From: Eledone cirrhosa
Lineage: Eukaryota
DNA length: 64,000 bases
Direction of reading: 5' to 3'
Assembly: GCA_964016885.1 (NCBI GenBank)
Contig: OZ024743.1
Coordinates: 166,780,001-166,844,000 of the forward strand
Shown piece by piece: positions 35,983 through 49,110 of this stretch; the stretch's first letter is position 1; each line of letters starts with the position of its first letter. A model generated the notes under the pieces. The model worked only from the letters and a program-made list of their open reading frames with translations. It was not told the origin of the DNA and searched no databases. Made by a program: the position numbers and the translations under genes.

Positions 35983-37241
35983 GTATATGGCATCTAAATC
36001 TTTTTGTAAGAGAGTAGCATCAGCTGGTTTCTTGATAGTCTGTGTTACTTTCATGTCATCAGCATAGCTTGTGATGGAGGCTGTCCATATTACAGAGGGT
36101 ATGTCTGAGAAATCCACTAAAAACAGTAATGGTCACAAGATGGTTCCCTGATGCACGCCACTTGTTATTGACGTTTCCTTTGAGATGGCCTAGTTGGCTG
36201 CAACAATCTGGCTTATGTCTTTTAAGAAGTCATGAAGTTATTCACCTAGTTTTCCAACTATGCCAAGGAAATGTAGTTTATGACATATCATTCCAATCAA
36301 CATTGTCAAAGCCTTCATAAAGTTAAAACAATCTAGCAGCTATTTTAAGTATCCAGTCATAATGCTGCAAGAGCTGTGTAAGGCAACTTTTACTTGTGTG
36401 AAAGCCATGCTGGGTGCCAGGTAAAAGACCATTCGCCTCTAGAAAAGTAATCAGTTTCCTTCTGATGATTTGTTCCATGACTTTGTTGATATGTGAGGTC
36501 AGGGAGACAGGTCTGTTCCCTGGATAGGACATATTATGCCTTCTTTTAGTTTTCCAGGTAGTTTACCACTTACAAGGGAGCTTTGGGTGAGAATTTGCAA
36601 TGGTTTTTCTAATGTTCATTTGCATGTTTTTAGGAGGATTGCTGGGAAACCATCAGGGCCAGCAGCTGAATTTTGCCTCATTTCTATGTGGTTGGTGGTA
36701 GCCATTTCTCTGTGTAATGCAGTGTTGTTAAAGAACTCATCTGGTTTATTTATTTGCATATGTCTCATTAGAGATGTAAAAACACTTTTATATTGTTCAT
36801 TCAGTACCTCACTCATCCTTTGGGGCTCTGCGATCAGTGAACTACTTTTATGGAAAAGTGGTCCAATCCCCTAGTGTACCATGGTGGTCTCTTTTGCAAA
36901 TTTAAAGAAACCCTTGGGATTCGTTTTTTATGTTTTCTATAGCCCTGACTTCTTTTTCTGCCCTCTCCTTTTCATGGGAGAGGTTGAGTTCACTTTCAAT
37001 TTCAAACAGTGTCTGCTTCAAATGGAATTCCTTCTTGCTCTTAACTTGAAAATATAGCCGGTTTGAGATCTTTGTTCTCTTCATAAGGATTTTCCTGGCT
37101 TTTGGAATAATATTTTTGTGTCTGTTGGTCTTTGTTTTTGGGGGGCAAACTTGTATATTGACATCTTCCACAGAGAGACTGTCAGTCCAATTTTGCCTCA
37201 GGAGTTTCTCCTGAATCCTTTTCCAGTTAGCTTTGTGGAAG
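35983..37241 (-). mobile_element. CR1/L2-like LINE ORF2 fragment (RT)
   Basis: FHKANWK, AAGPDGFP, NRPVSLTS, QHGF..KSCLTQLL, SGVHQG, YADDMK. Confidence 0.85.
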
Positions 37242-37985
37242 TATAACGGCGGCGAAGATTCGAAACCGAATCTGAGCTTTCCCGCTTCTGGGACAAGCCG
37301 TGGTTAGTTGTTTACGCTCGGCAGACCAACCCCTCGAGAGATGCTAACCACAGGTCAGATGTTGTTTACGCCTGACAGAAAATAGGTCAGAGGATATATC
37401 CATCTTTCTGACTTGTTTACGCTTGGCAAACTAATCCTTTGGGAGACTAACCAAAGTTCAGAGGATATATCTATCCTTATAACTTCAACTCTTATAAATA
37501 CAGGGGTTGTTTACGCCCCGACAGAAAAGAAGTGATATACAGACAAGACAAGTCGCATTTACAAGCTCTCGTCACGAAAAACCAGTCTGTCACTTATTCT
37601 CACCTGCCTGGCTGATCGCTGACTCCTACTACTAAAACAAGCAAATATACTGATACGCACACACGCATTCATAGTGAGTTCACACTGTTTGTATTTTCAC
37701 CCGCACCATTTCTGTTTATACATATTGTATCTTTCGGATACAGTACAAATTATATTATAATCGTATTCTGTGATACTTGTATTTACGTGGCTCGAAGAGC
37801 CACCAAATTATTGTATGAATATTTTGTGTTATTGATTTTATCATTCAATATTCAAATTGAATATTGTTATAATAAAATAAACTTTGTAACGACACAATCC
37901 TGGTATTTTTCTTTACATCGAAACCACCATACCAACAGTTACATCCATCCACTTATCGTTACAACCACACAAATATTCCGTTACA
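37242..37985 (+). repeat. 5' LTR of Gypsy element (744 bp)
   Basis: Termini TATAACGG...CCGTTACA (TG..CA inverted repeat with one change), TATAAATA at about 37493, AATAAA at about 37871, followed by the PBS. Confidence 0.88.
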
Positions 37986-37987
37986 AC

Positions 37988-37998
37988 TGGTGACCCCG
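37988..37998 (+). promoter_or_regulatory. Primer-binding site complementary to the tRNA-Trp 3' end
   Basis: TGGTGACCCCG, 2 nt after the LTR. Confidence 0.85.
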
Positions 37999-38037
37999 TA
38001 AAACAGACACACAACTTCTGATCATCCACTACAAACG

Positions 38038-38918
38038 ATGTCTCTAGCACACGACGATACATCTACAGCAGAAATGGCAGTCAGGGCGGCATTTACATTA
38101 AGAATCCACCATTCTGGGTGCACGATACAACACTGTGGTTCGCGCACATCGAAGCGCAGTTCGCATCGAACCGCATCGTTAGCGAGGCATCTCGTCTAAC
38201 ACATGTCATCGGTTCGATGTCTCCGGAGATTATGAATGAGGTTCGAAACCTCATTTTAGCACCACCCGGCTCTGTGTCATACGACACATTTAAAAGAACA
38301 TTAGTTAAGCGGACGTCGGAGTCGCAGCAGAAGCGCTTGCACCAGCTTCTCATATCGGAGGAATTAAGAGATAAAAAGCCGACGCAACTGCTACGGCGAT
38401 TGAAGCAGCTCCTGGGAGAACATAAACTCCCGGATGAAATTTTCAAGCAACTCTTCCTCCAGCGTTTGCCTTCTGCCACACAAGTTGTACTAGCATCCAC
38501 CAGGGAGTCCATCACCATAGAAGAACTCGCCGAGCTGGCAGATAAGATCGTGGAGGTACCACATCCGCACTCAACTTTAGCAAATGTGAAGCCAGCCGTG
38601 CCTCCCACCAATCCTTTCCTTCAGCCCTCCAGTGCTACAGAGATGCCCGATCTACACCAGTTACTGGCACAGCAAGCAACACAGATACAGGCCTTGACGC
38701 AACAAATTCAGGCCTTGTCACTGGGCAACCCTCCCACACGTGGGGCCAACAGTCGAACTCGCCGATTTTGTGGTCGCTCAAGAAGTCCGAGCGCATCTCG
38801 GGATTCACCATAAATGCGTTGGTACCACCAAAGATTCGGGAGACGAGCGCAAAAGTGCAGCCATCCCTGTTCATTTGTTTCGAAAACGAATCAGGGAAAC
38901 GACACAGCCAGAAACTGA
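38038..38918 (+). pseudogene. gag: Gypsy (CsRN1-type) gag
   Basis: PPFW..WFAHIEAQF, LRDKKPTQLLRRL, LFLQRLP. After a premature TAA the frame continues RWYHQRFGRRAQKCSHPC (CHCC knuckle, first Cys mutated). Confidence 0.88.
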
Positions 38919-41900
38919 ATGCGACGGACGTTTCTGGCCCTCATAATCAAAGTCGCCTATTTTTCATTCAGGATCGCGTCACAGGCACGCGTTTCCTTGT
39001 CGACACCGGTGCTGAAGTCAACATCATCCCTGTTTCCTGCGTTCCTGGAAAAAGGAGAGAGACACCAGACTGGCTCCAGGCGGTGAATCACTCACATTCC
39101 AACCTACGGAAAACAGTCCCCGACACTAAATTTGGGACTACGCCGCACTTTCCAGTGGGTATTCGTTGTGGCTAAGTTGCCGACACCTATTTTAGGAGCT
39201 GACTTTCTTCAGCACTTCTCGCTGCTAGTGGACCTTAAAAACCAACGTCTCGTTGACAACTCCACTGGTCTCGCTGTGCGCGGCATTGCCGCTAGGACAG
39301 CCACAGTCAGTCCAGTCATTTCAAGATCGACAACAACAACCCGGCACAACCACATCTTCAACAAATACCCAGACGTAGCTAGACCACTATTCAACGCTTG
39401 CCCTGTAAAACATGACGTCACACATCACATAAAAACTCACGGCCCACCTGTCGCTGCACGACCTAGAAGGCTACCACCAGACCGGCTGAAGTCCGTCAAA
39501 CAAGAATTTCAGCACATGCTAGATCTCGGCATCATACGTCCGTCCAGCAGCAACTGGTCCTCACCCATACACTGTGTACCCAAGAAGTCGTCGAACGACT
39601 GGCGAATCTGTGGCGACTACCGTGCACTGAACAACTGCACCGTTCCTGACTCTTATCCAGTGCCTCATCTACAGGACTTCTCTAGCTCGCTGCACGGGGC
39701 TCGCATACTTTCGAAGATCGGTCTTGTGCGAGCTTACAATCAGATACCCGTTGAGCCCGCAGATATTCCAAAGACCGCAGTCACAACACCCTTTGGAATG
39801 TTCGAATTTCTGCGTATGCCTTTCGGTTTGCGAAATGCAGCGCAGACATTCCAGCGATTCATCGATACAGTCACCAGAGGTCTACCTTTTGTATACGCAT
39901 ACATTGTCGACTTACTGGTGGCCAGCAGCTCTGATGAAGAAGATGCGAAACACCTGGATATCCTATTCACACGTTTACGTGAATACGGAATTGTTATCAA
40001 CCCCAGTAAATGTGAGTTCGGAGTTGCGTCCCTTCATTTTCTGGGACACATCATTGACAAAGATAGTATTCGCCCACTTAAGGAGAAAGTCAAATCCATC
40101 ATTGATTTTCCACAACCTACATCTCTCCGCAAACTGCGAGAATTTCTTGGCCTGGTGAACTTCTACAGAAGATTTATACCCAACTGTTCAGAGACAGCCC
40201 AACTGCTCACGGATTTGCTGCGGCAGCGTACAACCAAAAACGCAAACATCAATCTTAGCGAAAAAGAATGTATCGCTTTCGCTGAGTTGAAGAAAATGTT
40301 GTCCGAGGCTACAATGCTGAGTTACCCCAAACCTGACGCCCCAATGTGTTTATTGACTGATGCATCCAATTTCGGAGTTGGAGGTGTACTTCAACAACTT
40401 TCTGGCGATATTTGGCAACCTGTATCTTTTTTCTCTAAGCGATTAAAACCCGCCGAAACTAAGTACAGCACATTTAGTCGTGAATTATTGGTAGCATACC
40501 TTGCTGTCAAGCATTTTCGACACATGCTAGAAGGTCGTGTGTTCTCAATATACACCGACCACAAACCACTAGTGTACGCGTTCAATGCCAAGCCTGACCG
40601 ACACTCACCCAGGGAGGTCCGACATCTGGACTTCATTTCTCAGTACACTACTTATATTCGGTACATTAAGGGTGCCACTAACTCAGCAGCTGATACCCTA
40701 TCGCGCATGGAGCTTAACGCAATCCACACCACTGCCACTATCGACCTCCAGAAGATTGCAGCGGATCAACAGAATGACGAGGAATTGCTGCAACTCCGGA
40801 AATCATCCTTGAAATTGCAGGAATGCCCACTGACCTCTTCGGGTTATATTTGGTCCGACATCTCCACAGGCCACGAGCGTCCATACGTGCCCCGGAAACA
40901 TCGACGCGACGTTTTTTCGGCACTGCATTCTCTGGCACATCCTGGCGTCCGCGCCACGCAGAAACTGATGGTTGCCCGCTTTGTGTGGCCCAACATCAAC
41001 AAGGACACTCGCGAATGGGCTAGGAACTATATCGCGTGCCAGAAGGCGAAAATTCACCGGCACATCAAAGCCCCGATCGGTTCTTTCGCAACACCTGATG
41101 CACGGTTCCAACATGTGCATATAGACATCGTTGGACCTTTGCCGCCTTCTCACAACTACACTCATCTTCTCACATGTGTCGACCTATTTTCTCGCTGGCC
41201 AGAAGCTTTTCCCCTGACGGATATTACTGCGGAAACTGTCGCCAAAACGCCAGTGTTTCACTGGGTTTCGCGTTTCGGCACACCCGCGACCATCACTACG
41301 GATAGAGTACGTCAGTTCGATTCGCACCTCTTTACCGAGCTGACTCGTCTCCTCGGGTGCAAACACATCCGTACAACAGCGTATCACCCTGCAGCTAACG
41401 CAATGGTAAAACGCTTTAACCGCCAGCTAAAAGCATCTATCAAGGCTTACGAAGACTCCACTAACTGGTTCGAATACCTCCCACTCATTCTTCTTGGTAT
41501 TCGTTCCACTGTTAAGGAGGGAGTCGGACATTCTCCGGCTGAAATGGTGTATGGCACCATACTCACTCTACCCGGACAAATGATCACTCCTGTTTCGCCA
41601 CAAGAACTTCCAGACCCAACAAAATATGTGCACCGTTTACGGTCATCGATTTCGCATCTGTCTCCTTCAGCCCCTAAACAACAGCACGTTACTTCACACA
41701 TACCAAAAGACATCGATACATGGACGCGTGTTTTCGTTAGAAATGACGGTATTCCAACGCAACTTCGTCCGCTGTATTCCGGGCCCTATAAGGTGATACA
41801 GAAACGCCCTAAGTATTTCGTCCTCGACTTGAACGGGGAAACGAAATACCGTCTCCATTGATCGTTTAAAAAAAGCGTTCATAGAACAGGAATTGCCACC

Positions 41901-42040
41901 AGTACCCACCGTTTCTCCAACAGACTCACCAACAACTTTGCCCGACACAAACACGACAAATTCTGCTCAACCCCGACACATCAAACCTGGAAGAACAGTT
42001 CGATGGCCCACGCGATACGTACAAGTTTATCGGGTAAGTA
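38894..42040 (+). pseudogene. pol: Gypsy pol (PR-RT-RNaseH-IN) with frameshifts and inactivated motifs
   Basis: [33 protein letters not shown] (YxDD mutated), [38 protein letters not shown]. Confidence 0.93.
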
Positions 42041-42318
42041 CAAATTATGCATCTGGTCGACATTTCGGCTAATTTGTACATTTCAACGAATAGGCCAATT
42101 TCTGTGGTCATGAACTATTGCTACACACAAATCAATTAACTCTGTGCATCACACACATCAAAAGAACAGACAAAAGAACATTTTTCCGTTTCTATGAAAT
42201 GAACGAATTTTTAATCAACAAACTTTTCGTACGAACAGATGTACAAAACTCTACCATGAGTTTTCTCTCTCTTTTTAGTATGAAATACAACATACTTTAG
42301 TATATGTATCTCCACATC

Positions 42319-42620
42319 TCATATGCTTGCTGTCAGGTGAGTTTCAGTAAGGACTAGGCATATTGTTTGATTGATTGTGGTTAGGTCTCTTAGGTAGGGG
42401 ATCTTACTAATGTTGGTCAGTTTTACCAGGCCTCTGACATTTAGTAGTAGCACTGGTATGACATTTGAGGTGTCAGTGGTGGCTGCTGTTATGACATTTG
42501 CATGGGTGTCAGTGGTGGCCACACTGTGTCCTTTATTAGTGGTGGTCACCAATGTTGGTGTAACTGACTTTGGTTTTGTATCTGATGTAGCCAAGTCGGC
42601 TGTCTCACAATCTTTTCTGC
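42319..42620 (-). mobile_element. N-terminal APE fragment, probably of the interrupted CR1/L2-like LINE
   Basis: LLLNVRGL..LVLTETHL, same orientation as 35983-37241. Confidence 0.75.
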
Positions 42621-42834
42621 CATGTTATGAATATATCATCATTATCATCACCGTTTAATATGTATATATTTATACATGTATACATGTGTGTATATATGTA
42701 TATATATATGTATGAATAAATGTATATATGCATATACATATGTATCAGCATCTTCATCATCAGCATTGTTATTTAACATCCATTTTCCATGCTGACATGG
42801 GTTTTATAGGCAAATATATATGTATGTATACATA

Positions 42835-43325
42835 TATAGCTGAATCTATGACAGAATTTGAAAAATTTCAGACATGGAGGCACAGCTTGGAAATAAAGGG
42901 CCTTAAGATCAACCTGGCTAAACCCTAAATCCTAGAGAACAAAAAAGAAAACATGGCTCTGATCTCCCCAGGGAAATGGCCCTGCTCTGTATGCAGGAAA
43001 GGAGTAGGTAGAAACTCAATTGTGTGTACCAAATACAAATCGTGGGTACACAAGAAATATAGTGGGAAATCAGGCAAGCTAGCAAAAAATACAGGCTTCA
43101 TATGTGGATGTTGCACAGGGACAGTAAGCAAACCCCCACCCCCACCCCCAGAGAAAAAGCTCCTTTAAATTTACAGAGGACCCCATAGAAATAGTCAATA
43201 ACTTTTGCTACATGGGTGGTGTATGTACAGAAAGTACATTTGCCAGAATGGGATGGAAAAGGATCAGGGAGCTGCTGCCATTGCTAGCTACAAAAGGTCT
43301 CTCACTCAAGATAAAAGGGCAAGGA
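42835..43325 (+). mobile_element. RTE fragment (PHD-finger region)
   Basis: GLKINLAK, WPCSVCRKGVGRNS, ELLPLLATKG. Confidence 0.85.
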
Positions 43326-43705
43326 GTGGGATGGGTAGTTCTGAAGGGAGGTGGGTATTGTATTGAACTGTATTTCCATGCCTGAAATGAAGAAGGTTCA
43401 CTTGGTTGGTCACTTGTGGTCAAGTGGATTCATGCTGGGAGGAAATTTCTAAACCCTGAAGTCTAAAGTCCATCTGCCTCAGAGTCCAACAAAACACACA
43501 GTACACACACCTTATATTCTTAATAGTAATAGAGATGCTAGAGTGAAGAGTTTCAAGCTATTTTAAACACACTACTACCATTTTATTGGTCTAGAAGAAG
43601 GGTGTGTGGGAAGGAAATGGAGACTGAAATGTTGCTGTCTGTCAACAAATATTTCTAAAATTATGTAACAAAATAATGGCATATATATATATATATATAT
43701 ATATA

Positions 43706-44982
43706 CAGGGTGCGGACGATATTTGTTCGCAAGATTACTGTCTAGGAAAGAATAACACAGTAGTTTTATTTTTTAAGATATATTTATCAAACTTGGGTCA
43801 GTTTGTCTTCATGACTTGTTCTTTCGATCTCACTCGATAAACTCACCATTAGCTTTGATGACGGCCTCAATGCGGCCTCGGAACCGGCTACAGGCCTTCG
43901 TCACTGTCCCCCGACATAGGCCCCTAAAGGCACTTGTGATCCTGGCCTTCAGATCGTCTTTCGTATTGCAGCTAGATCTGTTGGTGCCTCATTCCACTGC
44001 GCCCCACACAAATAAGTCGAGGGGGTTGCAGTCAGGTGAGCTGGGAGGCCAGATGTCAGGTGAAGTGTGGTCGACGAGTTCTCTGACAGCCAGGCTGGGG
44101 TCTTTCGGCTGATATGGCAGGGCGCTGGGTCTTGCTGCCACACGTACGGCCTACCTGCAGCTACCTGGTCGATCCAGGGCTTTATTACCTCGCTCAGAAT
44201 ACGGATGAAACCATCGGTGTTCAGCTTGAGGCCCTCAGGGAAGAAGTGAGGTGGCATGACGTCACCTTGACTGCTGACGACACCTAATACCAATGTTGCC
44301 GCTGGAAACTTTGTCTGCATGTCTCTGGGCACATCTTTGGATGGGACAGCGAGCTACCTGTTGTTCTGGGAGTTGATCTTCTGGTTTTGGCAGAAGTTTT
44401 TCTCGTTGGAGAAAAACAACAGCATGTCTGGCTCCAGTGGGTTTGTTGATCAGCTTCTTTGCGTGCTTCAGTCGCTTTTCTTGCATCGCCTTTGACAGAA
44501 ATTGTCCTTTCCTCATCTTGTATGAAACGTAGCGAATGTCTTCATGTACCACCAGCCTAATGAGCTTTTCATCCACGCCTTTCTCCTTTGCAATGGCACT
44601 CATCGACTTGCTAGGTTCATTGTTGATGATATCATGAACTTCAGCGTCGAACTCGGGCGTTCTGAAGGCGTCAGATCATCGATCATGTGTTTTCCTCTCT
44701 GATGTTGCTTCGTAGTCGAATCCTGAATCTTCCACCATTCTCCTGCTGACGCTGAGAAAGTCTGAAATTTCCTTATTTGTCCTCCCGGCGCGGATTCCAA
44801 GAAGAACTCCGTGTCTCTTCCACAAATTTGGAGGTTCAAAATTATTCATAATCAATTATTCTGAAAATAAATAATGGAAATATAGTCACTGTTTTTATGA
44901 AGGCAAGAGTGACAACGGAAGTAAAAAAAATTTGCATAAAATTAGCAGTTAAAAATTTCGAACAAATATCGTCCACACCCTG
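43706..44982 (-). mobile_element. Tc1/mariner DD37D (maT) transposon, full length, frameshifted
   Basis: TIRs CAGGGTG(C/T)GGACGATATTTGTTCG with TA on both sides. FS(N)EK and WQQD..WPPSSPDCNPLD, with 37 residues between D2 and D3 after correcting a 1-nt frameshift. Confidence 0.93.
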
Positions 44983-45144
44983 TAATTATACGAATGAAAG
45001 ATATAACATATCTGGTTTAGTTTACACAAATACATGTATATATCATCAATAGTAATATACCAATCCTACGAAATAATGACACACACATATATATGTGCAT
45101 ATAAATATATACATACTCAATCATACATACACATGCATATATAC

Positions 45145-46310
45145 ATTGCATTCTATGAACTAAATGCAAACAATGGGTACACAAGAGATGTAGTGGGATC
45201 TCAGGCTGGCTAACAAAGAATGTAGGTTTTACTTGTGGCCGGTGCACAGGGGCAGTAAGTAGCAAGAACCCTCAGGATTCAATCACCTTCAAATGCTCAG
45301 AGGTCTCAGTTGAAGTGGTTAAATAGTTTCCATTACCTGGGTGACCAAAGCAGTAGTGTGGGAGGGTGTTCTGAAAGCACAGTAACCAGAGTGAGATCGG
45401 GTTGGAAAAAGTTCAGAGAGCTACTACTGTTACTTACTACAAAAGGCTTTTCACTCAAAATGAAAGGCAGACTGTATGATGCATGTATACGAATAACAAT
45501 GTTGCACAGCAGCGAGACCTGCAAAGATTGGAAAAGAAATGAAGTCTCCATGCTTCACTGGATGTGCAATAGCAATATACGTGAATGGCAAAGTATAAAT
45601 GTACTGTATGAGAAATTAGGCATGAGGGATCAGTTGTTGCATGCAGGAGAGGAGATTGCGCTGGTATTGTCATGTGCCTGTCCCACTCTTGCAAGCAGGT
45701 AAAAGCGGACGTAAAATGGTGATGATGATGTAATTCGTATGAAGGATAACAGCTATATAAAAAGGTGCAGAACGCTCAAAGTTGATGGTAGTTGTGGAGT
45801 GGACAGGCCTAGGAAGACTTGGGATGAGGTAATAAAAGCTGACCTTGCAAAATTACACCTCTCAAAGGCAATGACACAGGACTGCGACCTCTGACACTAT
45901 GCAGTATTACAGAAGACCCGCCCTCTATTACTCTCAGGTTGAGGTTTATACCTAGTAGGCAACACCTTCCTCAACCTTCTCCCCTATTACCTATGTCTGC
46001 AATTTCCCCAAGCTTCATCCCCTTCCCTAGTCCCAAGACAAAAGTGCCCAGTCCCCACTGTAAAGTAGTTGTGTCAGTGACATGACACAAGTGCTCAGTC
46101 CACACTGTAAAGTGGTCATGTAGGTGACACAACAAAAAGCACCCAGCACACACACTGTAAATGTGGTTGGCGATAAGAAGGGCACCCAGCAGTAGAAACC
46201 AAGCCAAAATCTGCCCTGGGTGAGCTAAACATGGTCCTCTGACCTGTTTTTCTCCCTTAAGGTCAATCCGTCATACTCATGAAAATGGACGTAAAACGAT
46301 GAGAATGATG
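45145..46310 (+). mobile_element. RTE 3' fragment containing a short nested RTE tail (about 45675-45731)
   Basis: WVHKRCSG, FHYLGD, GWKKFRELL, GRPRKTW, 3' UTR and GATG tail. Confidence 0.85.
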
Positions 46311-46439
46311 ATATATATGTGTGTATCTATATTATGTGTATGTATATGTATGATATGCCTATATATATATAGTATATGTATGGTATATCTATATGCACGC
46401 ATATATATATATGTATATCATTATCATGATATGTACATA

Positions 46440-48455
46440 TCATCATCGTTTAACGTCCATCTTCCACGCTAGCATGGGTTAGACGGTTTTGTTCCATTTG
46501 ATGCGGGAATGGACGCACGGAAGCATCTCTGGCAGGTTTTTTTACAGTGTGGACTGGGAGCCTTTTCACCGTGTCTCCTACATGGCCACCTTACAGTGTG
46601 ATGTGACTTTTGTGTCATCGACACAGTGGACGGAACGGGAGAGGGAGGATGGGGTAGGGTGTGGTGGTGGGGGTGTATATTGAGTTATGGGGTGCCTACT
46701 GACTAGGTTTGTATGCAATGGTAGTCGGGTCTTTTGTACAACTGCATGGCACCAATGGTCTCGATCCAGTATCATTGTCTTAGAGAGGTGTAGGTGGGCA
46801 AGGTCAGTTTTTATCACCTTGTCCATCAATTTTCCTTGCCCTGCACTTTTTTATCCAGCTGTCGTCCTTCATATGCATCACATGTCCATACCAACGCAAT
46901 CTCCTCTCCAGAACACAATGTTTGATACCTCTTATGCTTAATTTCCCTCTTAGTTCATTTATGCTTCACCTTTCGCGCACATTACTATTACATATCCATC
47001 GGAGCATACAAGCTTCATTTCTTTCAAATCTATGCAAGTCTTCAGCACACAATGCCCAAGTCTCTCTACCATGTAATATCGCCGTTCGTATACATGCATC
47101 ATACAATCTGCCTTTCATTTTTACAGAAAAATCCCTTGTGGCCAATAGTGGTATTAGCTCTCTGAACTTTTTCCATCACGTTCTAACTCTGGCTTCTGTA
47201 CTTTCAGAACACCCTCCTCCACTGCTGATTTTGTCACCCAAGTAATGAAAGGTGTCTACTATTTCTATAGAAACATCTGAGCAGTTGAAGGAGATATCAT
47301 CCAGTGGGTCCTTGCTATTTACAGCAGCTGAGCATCGACCACATATAAAATCTACATTCTTAGATAGCTTACCTCTGATCCCACTACATCATTTATGTAC
47401 CCATAGTTTGCATTTGGGACATAGCATGGAGTTTCTGCCTACTCCTTTCTTACACACTGAGCATGGCCATTTCCCAGAGGATACCTGTGCCCTATTTTCC
47501 TTTCTGCATACTAGAACCTTAGTCTTAGACAAGTTGATTCTAAGGCCTTTTGATTCAAGGCCATGCTTCCATGTTTGGAACTTCCTCTCTAGTTCAGCCA
47601 TAGATTCAATTATGAGAGTTAGATCATCTGCATATAGAAGTTCCCATGGGCAGCCGGTCTTAAACCCCTCTGTTATAGCCTGTAGGACAAAAATAAACAG
47701 GAGGGAGGCTAAGAACGGAGCCCTGGTGAACCCCTACCATTACGCTAAATTCATCACTATATTCTTTGTTAATTCTAACCTTGCTGACTGTTCCTCTATA
47801 CATGGCTTGTATAGCTCTCACAAGCCATTCATCTACTCCTAGTTTTCTAAGAGCCCACCAGATTAAGGTGCGTTGGACTCTGTCAAAGGCCTGCTCCAGG
47901 TCAACAAAAGCTAAGTAGAGGGGTTTACTTTTAGCTAGATACTTTTCCTGTAGTCGTCGTACAAGAAAAAGAGTGTCCGTGGTACTTTTACCTGACACAA
48001 ACCAAAACTGCATTTCATCTAGATCAATTCCCTCTCTGATTAGTTGAGTAATAACTCTGTGACTTTCATGATTTGGTCAACTAATTTAATTTGGTCAACT
48101 AATTTAATGTCCCACCATTCCAGATACCTTCAACATTTCAGCAACTATCCCCGAAACCCAGCTGCCTTGCCTGTCTTCATATTTTTGATTGCCTTACTTA
48201 CTACACTACCATCAACTTGCACAGCTGGTCCTTCTATTGGATCAATGTGGGGCAGACTATCTTTATTCCATTCATTCTCCACATTCAGTAGTCTCTTATA
48301 GTGACACTTCCAAGCTACCTTCCTATCACTATTAGTGAGAGCAAATACACCATCGTCATTATGGACACACGTCTCCCCGACAATATCACAGTTCTCCTTG
48401 ACACATTGCCTCGCAATTCTGAATATCTCATGTCTTTGGTCCTCCCGTTGTAGAA
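46440..48455 (-). mobile_element. RTE-clade LINE, 5'-truncated
   Basis: WKCHYKRLLN, FVDLEQAFD, GVHQGS, LYADDL, PHD finger, 3' tail. Confidence 0.92.
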
Positions 48456-48697
48456 TATGTATATTATGTTGGTACAACAAAACATCCAGCCCACTCTGTA
48501 AAGTGGTTGTGTAGGTGTCACGACAAAAAGGGCCCAGCCCACACTGTAAAGTGGGGCATCCAGCCGTAGAAAACCAGCCAGAAACACTCCTATATGAGCG
48601 AGGCATGGTCTCCTGACCCAACGTTCCTCTAAAGTGGGACAAACCCGTCTAACCCATGCTAGCATAGAAGATAGACGTTAATCGATGATGATGATAT
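48455..48697 (+). mobile_element. RTE 3' UTR and tail in opposite orientation
   Basis: CACACTGTAAAG modules, CCCGTCTAACCCATGCTAGCAT..GACGTTAA..GATGATG. Confidence 0.75.
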
Positions 48698-48939
48698 TAC
48701 ATATCCTCACACTCACCCAGAGCAGAATACAGACCATAGATATGAATATATATATATGTATGGTCCTGTAACTCCTGACAGAGTCGGAGGGGCTCTGAAT
48801 TGACATACAGTGTTTCTTGCACATTTTAAGCGTGGCGGAGCCCATCCCTCTCCAGGCCTGAGAACAGCAGATTTCTTCCATAGAAAGTGTGAGAATTGAT
48901 CCTAGTACTAGACTGGGGTGCTAAGGTTTCAAAGCCGTT

Positions 48940-49110
48940 AAGTGTGCATGAATCTTCAAGATTGGGGCAAACTAGAAGGTGCTCCATAGTTTGTAATAAC
49001 CTGCATTGGCAGTTGGAATTATCATTGGTGGCATATCTAGATTTCTGAATGTTGACTCTGCAGCAACCAACAGCTGTTTCGAGGCAATTCAAGCAGGACC
49101 ACAGGATATA
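48940..49110 (-). mobile_element. Ingi/Vingi-like LINE C-terminal Zn-knuckle remnant
   Basis: WSCLNCLETAVGCC..CQC..QTMEHLLVCP resembles the LNRLRTGxGRC..CxC..QTMxH..C motif. Confidence 0.55.

Noticed and set aside
38093-38611. Antisense ORFs over gag/pol and over the Academ ORF
   Set aside because: Shadow frames of GC-richer coding sequence with no recognisable motifs
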